From: Macrostomum hystrix
Taxonomy: Eukaryota > Animalia > Platyhelminthes
Length of the DNA stretch: 64,000 nt
Direction of reading: 5' to 3'
Assembly: GCA_950097015.1 (NCBI GenBank)
Contig: CATNEN010000025.1
Coordinates: 8,866,001-8,930,000, forward strand
The notes under the pieces were generated by a model. It did no database searches. It was given only the letters and a program-made list of their open reading frames with translations, and had not been told where the DNA came from. How positions within the stretch are numbered: position 1 is the first letter of the stretch; every line of letters begins with the position of its first letter. Made by a program: the position numbers and the translations under genes. This document shows, piece by piece, positions 46,801-62,033 of the stretch.

Positions 46801-49800
46801 TTTCTAGTTTTCTCCGTCCTTCTATCCCTTCTCTCCATCCCTCTCCTTTCTCCTCTCCTTTCTCCATTCATCTCATTCATTCTTCTCACACCAAAAATTG
46901 AAAATGGAAAAGTTCCCAAAGGTTGCAAACCTGTTTGTTTATGTTTTTGCATGTTTACTGTTTATGCATCAGTGGTCACACTGGCTATCAATCTATCATA
47001 TCATAATGCATATTCTAATATTCTATTCATTCATATTCACATATTGTATTGAAATTGACAATAAAATAGCAACTGACATCCTATGCCGAGAATAATTTTT
47101 ATAAGCTTATAATATTTCAACTAACCTGTCCTGTCTAACTGCTAGGCTGCAACTTTCACACCTAGCTTTTAGAAAATATTCGCTATTTGGTCCTGGCAAA
47201 TTTTAAGTAATTTAAATAAATTGTTTTTAAATAATTTAAAATCTGAAAATCCAAAAATCTGAAAAAATGACATTAGTAACAAAGTAACAGACTAAGTAAC
47301 GGAAGTTACCTAAAAATCCAAAAGTACCAGTTACAAGTAACTAATGAAAAATCATTTTTGGAGAATTTTTAAACAAAAAGTACCCTAAAAGTAACATTGC
47401 CCAGCACTGTATGCTATATTTATGCCAGTTAGGCTTCTCCCTTTCCACTTTAGGGTAGCATTCATTAACAGTAGGCAATGTTATACATTGTTTTGCTCAA
47501 TTATTTTTTAACCTGATTCGAACTCATGTGACCACATTAGTGTGTAGTATGATGTGGCAAGGGTCACACACATATGCTGATATAGCTTTTGCGCCTTTGC
47601 GACCGCCCTGGGATCAGCGCAGGCGCCGGACTACAGCAGAATCAGCTCAGCCATCGCCACTGCCGCTGCCAAGACTCTGCCGCTTATGGAACCCGCGTCA
47701 CGGCAACTTCCAGTTTGGGCGAGCGACCCGGAGGTCCGTGAGGCCCGCCGCACTGTCGAGCAGCTGCGGCGAGCCAGGCGACCGATATCCGATGCCGAGA
47801 AGGCCCTGGCAGACGCCTACGCAAGTCGACAGAAAGCCGCTGTTGACGACGCGATCCGGGCTGTCACCTCTGTCGGGCCTGAACGGCAGAGCAGGGTCGT
47901 CTGGCCGGTCGTGAACGCCCTCACCGGTCGAAAAAAAAAGAAGGCGGCGCTCAACCCGGCTGGCGACACTGCCGAGGAGCGCAGAAACGAGCTGCATACC
48001 TTCTTCGCCGCCGTCGACTCTGCCGAACGAGATGCCGCTGCCCCCCGAGGTGGCGCTACCGCGGCAGGAGGACTTCGACACCAGTCCAGTGACCAGCACG
48101 GACATCGTGGAGTTCGCCCGCAGGGCACCGCGCCCCCGGTCCGGATGAGGTCCCCGTCGAGGCGCTGCGGGTCACAAGGGTTGCCACCGAGGTGGCCCGC
48201 GTGATGAACGGCGTCCTGGCGGGAGGCCCTGCGCCCCGCGAGTGGACCCAGGCCACCATCGTCGGCATCCCGAAGAAGCCCGGCACTACGCGGAATGAGG
48301 AGCATCGCGGGATCTCGCTCATGTCCTGTGCCGCGAAGCTGTTCAACCGGGTGCTGTTAGCACGGTTACAGCCTGTGCTGGACTCGTTTCTGCGGTACGA
48401 GCAGAACGGGTTCCGGCACGGTGACTCAGATCCTGGCCCTCCGCCGCATCATCGAGGAGGCGCGCATCCACCAGTCAAGCCTTGTCGTCATCTTTGTTGA
48501 CTTTCTCAAGGCTTTCGACTCGGTGGCCCGCGGCGCGCTGCCTCACGTACTCCGTGCCTACAACATACCGCAGCAGCTGATCTCCGCCATCATCGCGCTG
48601 TATCAGGACACAACCGCTGTGTTAGCGACGCCAGACGGACCGTCGGACCAGTTCAGCACTACCTCCGGAGTGCTGCAGGGTGACACTCTGGCGCCCTTTC
48701 TCTTCGTGCTGGTGATGGACTGGGTGCTCAGGACCGGCCTGCCGACTGCAGAGGACGCTTTTCTGCTTCAAAGGCGCACTAGTCGACGGCACCCGAAGAA
48801 GAAGCTGTCTGTCCTCAGCTACGCGGACGACCTGCCCCGCTGTCTACGACGGCCGAAGGCGCCCAACGGCTGCTGGATGGCCTGACTGCGGCGGCGGCGA
48901 GGGTCGGCCTCGCTATCAACGCCATGAACACCGAGGTGCTGACGGTGCCGCATAACCTACCTGCCGAGATTCGACTACAAGACGGTGACGGCCCGGGACC
49001 GGGCTCCCGAAGTGCCGTCAGTTCGTCTACCTCGGCGGACTGGTGCCTGACGTGGGCGACGACCTGGCGAGACGGTGCGGCAAGGCCTGGGCCGCCTTCC
49101 GTTCTGTGCGGGCGGTGCTGCTCTCCGAGGCCCTGTCGAACGGCGCCAGGTCCCAGCTGTTCCAGGCGGTTGTCGAGACCGCCCTGTTGTACAATGCTGA
49201 GACCTGGACGATGACCGGGGCGCTCGAGGCGCAGCTCGACGCGGCGCATGCGGCCCTAGTTCGCGCCGCTTTCGGTGCCCGACGCGGCCCTGGCAGCGAG
49301 ACATCCGATTCCCTCTACCAGCGTGCGTGCCTAACTTGGCCTTCTGTCCTGCTGAGTCAGCGGCGCCTGTGTCAGGCCGGGCATGTCTTCCGGGCCGAAG
49401 CCTACTGCCCAGAGACGCTGCAGGATGTCCTGCTGCGGACATCGCAGGGACCGCGCAGGCGCGGCCTGGGTCAATCAGCCCGCTATGTCGACCGTCTTTT
49501 TGAAGACGCCCGAGCACCCAGCCAGGCGGCCGGCGTGAAGTATGTCAGAGACGCGCGAAACTCTGAAACGCGCGATTTGACGCTCCCCCTCTTGGCCACT
49601 TTTGTGTTCGGCTTGGGCGTAACTATTATTATTATTATTATTATTATAGCTTTGCAAGGTTTTAAGCACAGATTCTATATTATCTAGATGCGCCACTGCA
49701 GCAATTTCTAATGCATTCAGTTGCCGCTTTCAATGCCTCTGCGAAAAACCCAGGGTTTATACCACAGACATTTTACGCTGCTGCAGTCAAGCGGCAGCCA

Positions 49801-52800
49801 TGATCACAGATTCTATATTATATTATATTAGCCATGATCGTCTCTCACTTGCAAGCAGAGCTGCAGATTTTAAGGTTGGCACAGCGCAATCCTCCACAAC
49901 TGATTACGAACACCAACCAGTGATGAGCGGGCATCGCTGCTGCACTGCTGCTTGTGATTCGAGGGAGAACACGCCAGTTTCACAACACGGCTTCGCTGTG
50001 CACCTGCATCAGTTTCCGAGCGATGATGAGGTGGCAGCGCAATGGATTCGAGTGCTAGAGCTCCAGAATATGGATGTGCAGACTGCGCGAAGCCGTAGGC
50101 TGAAGTTTTGCAGCCTGCACTTTAAGGACTCGGACTACCCCATCGCACCACGTGACAGGCGCTCGGCTCGGTTGAGGAAAGACGCCGTTCCATGGCCTGC
50201 AACTTTCCCTCCGCGATTCAGTCAGTCGTCATTCCCTCAGTCATTCAGCCAGAATTGGTCTATGACCTAAACCGAATTGTTGAGTTCACACCTCAGCAGA
50301 GTTCAAACTACAGAGGGTGTCCGCAAAGCACAGAACTTACAGAACTTATTGGTAAGTTCTGTTCTTGTAGGTATCGAATTTTTACTAATTAGCGCACGTA
50401 CATACGATTTAAGACATCATGAGAAAAAAATTAAACGTTGGGCTGGTTTTCAGTAGATAATGCATCGTTGATTTAGCTCGTAAAGCAATAATATTTAACG
50501 TCAAGAAGCAGACAGACATAATAAAACAAACGCGCAGGATAAGTATTGGAAAAATTCTCTGAATGGGTATAGCAAATAATATAATTCAGTTGGTAAAAAT
50601 AACAGTGTGCTGCAATGAAGGTGTTGCAGTCAGTTCAGTTCAGGAGCTGTTTGTCCGTATCTGCATTGCAATCAATTAATAATTTCCGGGTTTGTTAGAA
50701 AAGAGTCAGATCCTAATCCTAACGAGGTAATGACACTCGCTCACAAAAGAACTATTAATTAAAATAATGTGATATAAAAATTCTATGTTTTAAAAGCACA
50801 AGCGATTAAAATAGTATATTTCAAGACATTCTTGCAGTTTAGGGAGTAAATAAGTTAAAATGAAGCATTATAGTTAAACGATTCGAACATTACATCAACC
50901 TTACATATGAACACTTGTAGCACATTGGAAACACTTTAGGCGATAGTACATTCATAGTAAGCTTCTTATAGTACGAGTAGTTTCATCAGGGATCGAGAGA
51001 AATCACAAAACTCAGTCTTGCAATTCGATTGCCTGTAATAGAAGGTAATGAGGCAATGTTCTACTTCCGTTCGTTATATTATTTTTTTGTTTGCAAACGA
51101 CAGATAACGACAAAAAAACAAGTTTAACGGTAACAAAAAGTCGTAGTTTGGTCAGACAGTTCTGAAAAGTCTTGGTCAGTCTTTCTTCTTTCAAACCGGG
51201 TAAGTGCCTAATCCAGTAGAGGAGGCGACCGAAGCTATTCTTGGGGTATAGACAGCGCCATAAGAATTCTTCGAAGTGGCTTTCGAATAGAGCAGCACTC
51301 GTGCCATGCATTTGACGCAGCTTGGCCTTCGCAAAATCTTCAGCTGCAGAATTCTGTGCCTTAGCTTCCTGTTTCCCCATATTTGCCAGATTTTGCCATA
51401 GACATAGATCCAAGTGTCAAGTCACGGCAAAGCCACGTCAGCACAACTTTTCAAACTCAGAATGCACGTGTGGCACGAATTCAGACGAAAAAATAATATA
51501 ACGAACGGAAGTAGAATATTGCCGGTAATGAACATAGTATAGAATGAAAACTGTCTCGCAATCCTTGGAAAATGTTTAAATTTTACATTTTCCTAGAATT
51601 ATAAATCCGATTCTCAGCGATCTGCAGTTAAAAATTTTCGAATTACTGATAGGCATCGTTAATAAATAGTAACTTCGCTATAATTGAAGTGCGTCAAAGT
51701 TATTCGTTAAATATTTCCGATTGACGTAAGTTTAATTATAGGTAATTGTTACCAATTCTTTCTACTTAGTGTTAATCGCTAAATAAAATGCGCAAGTCAT
51801 TCTTTAAATTCTAAAATATTCTAAAAATGTATGACAATACCCTCCGTTACTAACGCTTAATAAATGACATACAAAACTTTAATTCTAAAATTAATTGAAA
51901 ATTAATCAAATTAAATATTTTTTTATTATGAAAATTATAATTTACTAAAGATTAGACTAAAATATTTACAATTAATGGGCTTTTAATATAAACTTAAGTT
52001 TTGTTTATTATTAAACGATTTTACCCGCCAATGTCCTGAAAATGAAGCGAGGTATGTTGCCCTGCTCCTCGAGTTGGGCTCCAGCTAAGTAAGAAAACTA
52101 TACTCATACTCATGAGAAGATAAAAACATGAATTAGCTTCCCAAACGGAAATCCTAAATGAATGTCAGTGCCAGTCCTCGACAAGGTGGCAGGTGTTCAA
52201 TGTGTTCTTCATCTTCATGGACTCGCCGGTGGCATCTGGCGACGCCGGAGTCGCTCCGTCGCCGCTTCGTCGTCGCCGCCGTTGCAGCAGGCCAGGATGC
52301 GACGCCGCAGACGTTCGCGCCGAGTTCGGCCAGTCAGCACGAAGGGCCGCAGCGAATCGTCTGGCGCCGGGGGTGGCACCACGTTGAACTCGAGTTCAGC
52401 TGCCGCCAGGTAGTCGTGCATGTTGTCGCTCTCGCTGCCTGGTGACTTCTTCAGCCACTCCATGGACGGCTCGCTCAGGCCCTCCGGGTAGCGGGGCGCC
52501 GACTGGCCCTCCACGCAGCGAGATGAGATCTGGAACAGAGGCGGAGGATGAAGCATTTCATTAAGTTCTGGCATCGCGTTAGCAGTAGAAAGACCATTGG
52601 GTTGTTTCAGTTTGCCCACATTTTTCTTTTTTCTGCATCCGCCAAAATATTCAACCAATCACCATGAAGTCCAGAGCTAAAAGTTTCCACTCTATTCGAT
52701 GAAACAACTTCCATAATCACAAAGGGGCGAATTCCCTGTGGTCTTCCCCAGGGGCGAATTCCCTGTGGTCTTCCCCAGGGGCGAATTCCCTGTGGTCTTC

Positions 52801-55788
52801 CCCAGGGGCGAATTCCCTATGGTCTTCCCCAGGGGCGAATTTCCTGTGGTCTTCCCCAGGGGCGAATTCCCTGTGGTCTACTGTTAATGTCGAGTCTCTG
52901 AATGCCTAGGAATCGATTGGTTTCTAAAAATAGTTGCATTTCTTAAAGCCGTGCAGTTGCAAAGACGCATTCTATTCAGTAATATTTTAATTTGTACGAT
53001 TACATTCTTTACATTTCAAGCAACAACTCTTCTAATTTCAAAGTGTAGCAGTGCTCAGCTCACCTCCAGGTTGTAGTCCAGAATCTCGGACGTGTGAAAA
53101 TCTTCGTCATCGTCTCCGAAGGGATTCATAACGCACATAGCCACCTTGAGCCAGCCCATCAGAAAGAGGAACTGGCCAATTTAGAAAAAAAGTTCGCTCA
53201 GTCGGCCACACTGACCGTGCTGTCCCCTAGACTCAATCAGCAGCTAGACGAGCTCTACGAAAAGGTCAACGGCGCGGCGGGTTGCGTCGCCCTGGACGCC
53301 GTTCAACGCAGTCCACGCTGGGAGCTGGTTCGCCTGCCGCCTGCTATTTTTGTTGCTAGCCATTCGCAGCATCAGCAGCCTCAGCAGCTTCAGCCGCATT
53401 ACAATAGTCTTCAGCACACGCATCATTCAGATGTTCAGTTTCCTGATTCTCAGCTGCAGCAATTGCAACAGCAGCAGCAGCATCAACAGCAGCATCAGCA
53501 GCAGCAGCTGCCAATTCCTTCGCCGCGCATTCTATGGCAAGGCACTTTCGAGTTTACCAAATCCGCCACCAGAATGTCCTTCCAGCTGCCAGTTCGCTTC
53601 GTGGAGATTCTGTCGGCGCCTGATCAGCCGCCAAATCCTTGGAGCTTTCATCATTTTGAGCAGAACAAGCAAACCGCCAGTTGTGCAATTCTAAAGCCGG
53701 AACTTCATCCCACTGTCGAGGATCACTTTCGCAAATATCCCAGCTTGTAGAGTGCAGAATTACGGTACTATTTATTTTAACCAATCATGCGCTAACTACT
53801 CTACTGATCCGCTTAGTAGTATTTTTAGAAAATGCGAATTAGAAAACATACGCTCGTACAAGTACAACATGTGATTCATTTTACCAAAAAATGAGAATCG
53901 AATCAATCAAAAATCATGTGACTACTATTAATAGTATCCAATCAATTTTTATGTCATAAGCAACCAGCGATCCCACCAATCATGTTACCCAAAATCAATC
54001 AAAAGGTCAAGAAAGCGATAATCCATCTTTTTGCGCTTCTACTAGTTTAGTTGTAAAAAAGTCTAACCTCTCAAGTTGTCAAGCGTTGACCCAGACTTTT
54101 TGACACCATTTTGACACCTGTACTTTAAACGCACTCATCGAACCCGAGAGGGTCCGATTCTCTATAAATACAAGAGCTCCGAAGCGAGCCCAGATTCAGA
54201 GTCTCGCCGAGACGAGCAGAGTCTCGCAGAAAAGAGAAAACGGAGAGTCTGAAGTGGATTGGACTCCAGGTCCAAGACTTGTGGTAAGAGTTCCCTGATT
54301 TATCCTAATTAATTAATTATTAGCTTTCTTGATCTAAGTTAAACCTCTCCGAGTAATCGTTAAACCAACGATTACAGCGTAATCACAGACGTGTGATTAT
54401 ATTGAATATATTACAAAGGGTGAGCGCCAGACTCGTGGTAAAACCTACCAGGGCTGGTAAGAAGGAACACACTCCACAAGTGACTATTGGTTAACCGACA
54501 TCAACGATAAATCAGAATCAGGAAGATTCTGATTTATTCCTAAATTCCTAAAAGAGAAACAAGGAACTTATCAAGCTTTTATCGGGTGCGAATTGTTCCC
54601 ATCAATGGGGAAGATGTGCAGCACTTGTTGGACACTTTTGGATCCTGTGTGAGTCTTCAGAGCTTTAGTTCCAGCAACTAAGAGAGAGAGAGAGTAGGGT
54701 GAGGATATGAGAGAGTAGGGTAAGGATATGAGAGAGTAGGGTGAGGATATGAGAGAGTAGGTAAGGATATGAGAGAGTAGGGTGAGGATATGAGAGAGTA
54801 GGGTGAGGATATGAGAGAGTAGGGTGAGGATATGAGAGAGTAGGGTGAGGATATGAGAGAGTAGTGTGAGGATATGAGAGAGTAGGGTGAGGATATGAGA
54901 GAGTAGGGTGAGGATATGAGAGAGTAGGGTGAGGATATGAGAGAGTAGGGTGAGGATATGAGAGAGTAGGGTGAGGATATGAGAGAGTAGTGTGAGGATA
55001 TGAGAGAGTAGGGTGAGGATAGAGTAGGGTGAGGATATGAGAGAGTAGGGTGAGGATAGAGTAGAGTGAGGATATGAGAGAGTAGGGTCAGGATATGAGA
55101 GAGTAGGGTGAGGATAGAGTAGGGTGAGGATATGAGAGAGTAGGGTGAGGATATGAGAGAGTAGGGTGAGGATATGAGAGAGTAGGGTGAGGATATGAGA
55201 GAGTCGGGTGAGGATATGAGAGAGTAGGGTGAGGATATGAGAGAATTGTGTGTTTGGATATGATAGTAGCGTGAATATGTAAGATCGAACGTGTTTTAAG
55301 ATAAGCGCTACAACGCTTACTAAATCCTGAACCGCCGCCAGATGGCCCTAGTCTACAGTGAGCTGCTTGAAGTTTTCTTTCCTGAAGTTTTCTTTCCTGA
55401 AGTTTTCTTCCCTGAAGTTTTCTTTCCTGAAGTTTTCTTCCCTGAAGTTTTCTTTCCTGAAGTTTTCTTTCCTAAAGTTTTTTTTTCCAGAGTTTCTCTT
55501 TCCTAAACCACTGGGTGCCCACCCACCCACCTGTCTAATTAACCTGGCTGCCCAACCACCTGTCTAATTAACCTGGCTGCCCACATAACTGTCTAATTAA
55601 CCTGCCCACCCACCCACCTGTCTAATTAACCTGGCTGCCCACATAACTGTCTAATTAACCTGATTTATCTATCTAATCAACTTAGCTACCCACCCACTTA
55701 CCTATCTACTTGCATACCTACCTGCCTGCTTACCTACCTACCTACCTACCTACCTACCTACCTACCTACCTACCCACCTACCCATCAG

Positions 55789-56319
55789 GTGATTCTGGCC
55801 GGCGACCCGTAGCAGCTGGGCCCAGTGGTCCAATCAACCTGGGCACTGAAGTTCGGCCTAGGCGAGTCCCTGCTCCACCGCCTCATAGAGACCTCGCCGG
55901 CCTACGCCCGACGTCCCGGTCGCTATCCGGACGACGGCTACGATCCCCTGCTGGTGACGAAACTGCTGCAGAACTACCGCAGCCAATCCGCACTGCTCAC
56001 AGTCTACTCCGACCTGTTCTACCATTCCGAATTGATTCCGCGAGTGGATCCCGCGGCCGGCAATCGGTTCCTGACCTGGCCCAGCCTGCCGAATCCCCAA
56101 GTGCCGCTGCTATTTCACGGCGTCATCGGCGAGGACCGGCGCGAAGGCGACTCGCCGTCATGGTTCAATCCGGCCGAGGCTGTGCTGGTGGTTCGCTACG
56201 TCATCAACCTGCTGGCGCTTTGGCCGCATCTCGGCGACGCCAACGACGGCATGGGCGTGGTCACGCCGTACAGGAAGCAGGCCGAGAAGATCCGATCGCT
56301 GCTATTTGCCGATCGCTGA
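55789..56319 (+). pseudogene. MOV10: MOV10-family helicase exon fragment with premature stop
   Basis: Matches the unit B copy; TAG at 55810-55812. Confidence 0.88.
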
Positions 56320-59300
56320 GGTTGGCAAGGGAGCTACCGCATTGGCAAAAAGGTGGTACAAGATTGTGAACGACTTGTCAGTCTGCCAAAGCCTTCGCTT
56401 TCGACCTTGGCAGTCCAATCTTGAAACTATTTCTAGAAAGGGCCTGCGGGCAAGGTGTACTGCACCTACTGTGGATTAGGGCACAGGTCAGAAGCGTGCA
56501 ACAAGGTTGCCACGGCTACTATAGCCGCCGGACCTTCCTGCAACAAGAGAATCGCTGTTTTCGTTGCTTGCGCACAGGCCATTGGCTTCGCATGTGCAAT
56601 GACTCACGAAAGTGCAGAAACTGCGGAGGAGCTCATCACGTGAGCATTTGCATCCCTACCGCTCATAAACCTAAAACTAGCGATCGGCACATACATGTAG
56701 CTCAAAATGAAGGCGGGAAAAGGGGAAAAGACCCATGTCACGTGACAAGTGTCTACCGACCTCCGCAGAGCAGACAGATGCATCGCTTGTGAGGCAGTGA
56801 ATAAATTAGGACTTTTTTCATTTTAAATTCCCGCCACTTTTCCTCACGCGCTAGCTAAATATCGTGATCTCACGCAGTGCTCTTTGTTCGTAATATTCGC
56901 TCTCAAGTGGAAACATGCACCCACCCCAATTTCTTTGTATATATATATAGAGGAAAATATAAATGCGATCTTCAACCTGCTCCCTCGCTCCCCAGTCATA
57001 CCAATAACACTGGTTAAACCTACTATACGTTCTCGACGAAATATAAGCGATTAAACTTCCTAACTCTTTTCCTGTTTCGCTATTAAATAGACCGAGTTCC
57101 TTAGTTATTTTCCTAATAAAAGGAAAACAGTTAAAGATACCTTTGCCTTCCCAATCCTCTGCCAAAGATCTCTGGTCGGCCTTCTTTACCAAAACCCACC
57201 CTATTATATGATCCCTTTGAAATACCAATATACCGTCCTAAAATCCCGTCCAAAAGTCCACCTGAAGTCTATCTGAAGTCCACCTAAAAGTTCCCTAAAT
57301 ACCCCCTGAAGTCCCTAAACTCCGCCTTTATCCCTCATGAGACTGTACTAATCCCGGACCCCATAGAGGAAAGTAAGTGAGAGCGCGAAGGACGTTCACC
57401 AGGCAACTTCAATCCATCCTGATACGCCCCACGGACTGTGTGCCCCAGATCAGTGACCTTAGCCCTCGTGCCAGCAGCAGTAAATTCCGCTCCCATTGTT
57501 AGTAGCTAGTGTCTTGCCGCTCGGGCATTAGCGCTACCTTAGGTATAGCCCGAACAGCGTGGAAAATACCTATTCTCACCCTCATAACTTACGCTACCAT
57601 CCCCCCCAAATACTCAGCTCACCAATCCCAAATCCAACAAATAGAGAGAGAGCTGAGAGGTCTGCTACACTTGAAATATTGAAAAAAACTTATTGTTTCA
57701 TTATAAGGTTCAATATTCGCATAAAATAACCCAAGCCCAATAGTCTGCGGCAGAGTTTTTCGAAACTAATCAGCAGGCCCAGTCAAATAGGGAATTCGTT
57801 TTAACAACAAACCTATACCCTTATACCCTTACCTAAACCATAATTAACACTAAACCGAAACCAAAACCGAAACCGAAACCTAACGTTGTGACTGATTGTG
57901 TGAGTACACTTGCCCTGCGAGCAAACCTAGCGTGAGTGACCTTATACACAAAAATCGGGACTTCTAAAGCGATAGAAACGCTGTGGCTAAGAGTGTCGGC
58001 TTGACTGTGGACAATGTCGAAGGCACTTTCTGAAGTCTGTTTGGTGGGCGCTTTTACTCATAATTTTTTATTGGCTAACAATTAATTAACAATTAATTAA
58101 TAATTAATTAATAATTAATTAACAATTAATTAACAATTAATTATCAATTAATTAACAATTAATTAACAATTAATAAATTAAGCAGCTCATAAAAACAAAA
58201 ATGTTTTTACGATCGTTTATTCCCGGTCTCCGAAGGAAGGAAAACCGAAATTGTCATTTTTTTGTTTTTAGTTGAAATCTAAAATAATCGGTAATACATG
58301 CTGAAGAAGCAGAAGTGCCCCATTGTCAGTCGACCTTTCGAACCCCCGCGCGTGCGCGTATCTAGTTTGTAATTGCGATCCCCGCGACCCAGTTCCTGTA
58401 TTCCCATGTTTTACTTCTCTGTTTAGTAGTAATTGGTGATGGAGCTAATGATATATTGATAAAGGTTCCCCAATTAAGTTCATCACTTAAAAGACAGTCT
58501 ACGTCTACGCTCAACGACTCAAATCCAGCGTCAGCTACTGGCTCCTCGGTCACGGCGTGTGCCACTCGAGATGAATAGAAAGTGTCCGATTCATCGACGA
58601 GCTTGTCCCACAGCTTTACAGCGACAATGTTTGTTAGTAGTAACCCATCTGTTGCCCTTCCTGTCGCCAAGGCTATTTCGCTCAGTACTGACGGTCAACG
58701 AGAACTTCTATAGTCCGAGTCTTGTTGGACACGGCTAGCAATAGGTCATACATCAGGAAGGATGTGTGTGAACTCTGAAACATCGAGTCCGCCACAACTG
58801 AATCATTGACGGTGTCGACCTTTACAGGTATCAATACCACAATTGCATCAGGTAGCGTCTCAGTCTCAATTCGAAAAATCGATTCACACTAAGTTCTGAA
58901 ATTGCGTGCTAATTTTGTCAAAGAGATCTGCGAGCCTCAGCGCTCAGTCTTAGTGAACGAATTCCCTCACCTGAACGGCTTGGACTTAGCGGATCCGTAC
59001 GACCCTCGTGATGCAAGCACCGATCTCAATCCTAATTGGCGCTGATCACTACTACGATATTGTCGGTGGTAAAGTCGTTCGTGGGTGTGAGGGACCGGCG
59101 GCTGCGTCGTCCAATCTGGGATTCGTTCTCTGTGGACCAGTGAAACTTAAAGAGAAAATGTCTAGTCGCTCTAGTAGATTAAAAATTCATTCGCTTATCC
59201 ACTCTCTTATCCGAGTTCAACTGGTATTCGTATTAATTCATTTCGCCTTTGTTGTTGGTATATTTTTCACATAATCTCCATTACTACAAGTAATCTCTGC

Positions 59301-62033
59301 ATTAATTGCATTCTCGGCATTAATCTCTGCATTAATTGCATTCTCTGCATTAATCTCTGCATTAATCTCTGCATTAATCTCTGCATTAATTGCATTCTCT
59401 GCATTAATCTCTGCATTAATTGCATTAATCTCTGCATTAAGAAAGAAAAATCTAAAGCCTGAGGACAGGTCGCTGACTAGCTATTGTAATTTGTAACAGA
59501 GTATGATGAGCTGACATTAATAATTGTATTCAGAAATGGACTACAAGTCAAAAAACTAAAAAATACCCAGCGGGAAAGCCTACCTCGAATCTAGCTGAAT
59601 GTAACTCTAGTTTTTAGGATAGGCTTGAATTTTCTTTTTAGTGCATCAAAATCATGCACCAAAAAATCGTTCAGTTTCAAAAAAATCGGCCAAACAAAAT
59701 TTTAACTTAAAATAGCAAGAATAAGTCTAGTTATATTCTAGCTATATAGTGTCTGTCGTTTTTCGAGAAAACTATTTTTTGTTTTAAAATATTTTCATAG
59801 CACAGAATAACAAAACTTTACAATAATATTTTTGTTCTTACGCGAAACAAAGTGTGGGTTGTAAAATAGCAATCTCTTAATTAAGTATGATAATAAAAAA
59901 GAAAAAATTGAAACGTCTTACCATTGGTACAGTCCATTTTTTAACTTTTCTTGTGTTCTCGCGCGCCGACTAACTAGCAAGCCTACATTTTATACTATAG
60001 ATTTGACTGGTTCCTAAGTCTCGCTTTTTTGTGGAAATTACCAAGGTACGGAAATGTTAAAACCTCTATCAGAACGTTTACAACTCTTATGTGTTTCTTT
60101 CTCATTTTGAACTTTTTATTATTACTTATTTCGATACAGCAATATGTACAATATAATGTTGTAGGTAATGCTAATGTAGCTATTTAGCTGGTCAATCAAA
60201 GCACTTTGCTGAGTTTTTTAATCAGAATATACATTTCAACTAGCTAAGCTAATATACAAATCAACGAAAATATACAAATCAGTTCCTTTAAAAGTATTTC
60301 GAGTTAGTGACGTGACATTTTTAAAAGAAATGTTTATTTAAATTGAACTATTTTAAGAAGATAGATTATAAATTGTATTAGGAATTTAAGGGATTTAGTT
60401 TCATTAATTTTAACTCTTCAAAAAATACACACAGTAGAAACTCGAATTATTTTATGCATTGATCCCAGGAAGGAAGTATTAGAGCAAACAAAAAGCAGTT
60501 GCTAATATAGCTATCCAACCCTTTTCCTGAATTCAAAAGGAAATCAATAAAATTATTTGAAATCTTTGAAAGTGAAATATCCAAACTTATTTTGTCAGAA
60601 GAGATAACCAGAAAAACAATTCTCTTTTAGCTTAGCATCATTTTATATAATTAATATCTTTAATAACGCTTTTATATTCACTTTTTTATGGAAATCAAAT
60701 ATAATTATTCATGTACAACTTAGTAGTCTAGCCTTTTCACTAGAATTCATGATGCAATAATTATTGGAATCGGCATTCAGCCAGCCAAGAATTTAACCTT
60801 TTTTGGCCTCTCATTAAATGCATTAGGCAAACTCGTTTTTCGAATATTTAATACCTTTAGAATAAAGGCACATTGTCGAAAATGTCAAGGTGTCTTGCGA
60901 GTAACATTTGGACTGTTTAGAAAAAAACACGACCAATTTTGGTTGAGGCATGCAGCCTGTAGAGCGACGTTCGACAGACAGACAGACAGACTTTAGAGAT
61001 TTAGTATAGGTGGATGGATGGACTAGCAATTTTAGCCCCCTCTGGGCAGCGGAAACCGGATTTTGGGATCTATAAATTCCCCTCCTTTTTCAAGGTAGGC
61101 CTAAAGTACGCTAATAAACACATCAAAATATTTTTATGGTTTCATTTAGTGACACTAGATCGCAGCCAGCGAACCCGCTCGGACTCCATCATTTTTAAGT
61201 TATTAGCAGACCCAACTCTTATCTCTTATTCTAATTTTAAGCAATATTATTCAGACGATAAATATGTAAAAGTAATGTTACCCGGAGTTGAGACGTACTC
61301 TATACTCGTTTAGACTAGGAAACCATAAGCTAGCTTGAGAAACATTGCGAGCTGCCAGACAGAAAGTTCCCTATGAGAATAGATTATTTAGTAAGTGCAA
61401 ACTTAAAGTGGAAAACGAGGTCCAGTTCTTATTCAAGTGCAGTTGGAATAGTTATAGCTCATCACGTTCGAATTTCGATAAGGAAATTTCAGGGCGTGAA
61501 ACTCCTAATTTCACGTCCCTAACAGCAGAAGAAAAATCTATCCACATATTGGCGGCACAAGACGACAGGGAAACCTCTGAAGCACTGGCAAACTACATCG
61601 TCAAGAAACATGTAAAATAAGATAAGCTGCCCTGAAGCAGCTAACATTTAAATGGCAATCAGGACGATTTATGAATAGTTCTTCTTGTTCTTCGCTGAAA
61701 TGGGGGCGAACCTTGCTTAAGGGGACATTGGTTCTATTCTTAAGAGGGGCATTGTTGGTTCTCTGCAATTGGGGGCATTGGTTTTCTGCTAAAGATGAAT
61801 TATTTCTTACTAGTATCACTTACATTTACTAATTAGAGATTTGGTAAAGGTGGATGGATGGATAGGTGGGTTTTTTTATTACTACTACTACTGTTGCGTA
61901 GTAGTATCGAAGTAATATCGAAGTAGGCTTACTAGGAGAGCAATACAAGATGTACTTTTATGAGGCACAAACTTTTGCATCCTAACATCATAAATCTAAT
62001 TTTTGAATTCTGTTTCAGAACTGAAAGCTTAAC

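Larger units (their letters stand above)
30191..55516. repeat. Tandem segmental unit B (~25.3 kb)
   Basis: Begins with the same minisatellite as 4136; ORFs recur at +25326 in unit C (30384 vs 55710). Confidence 0.97.
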
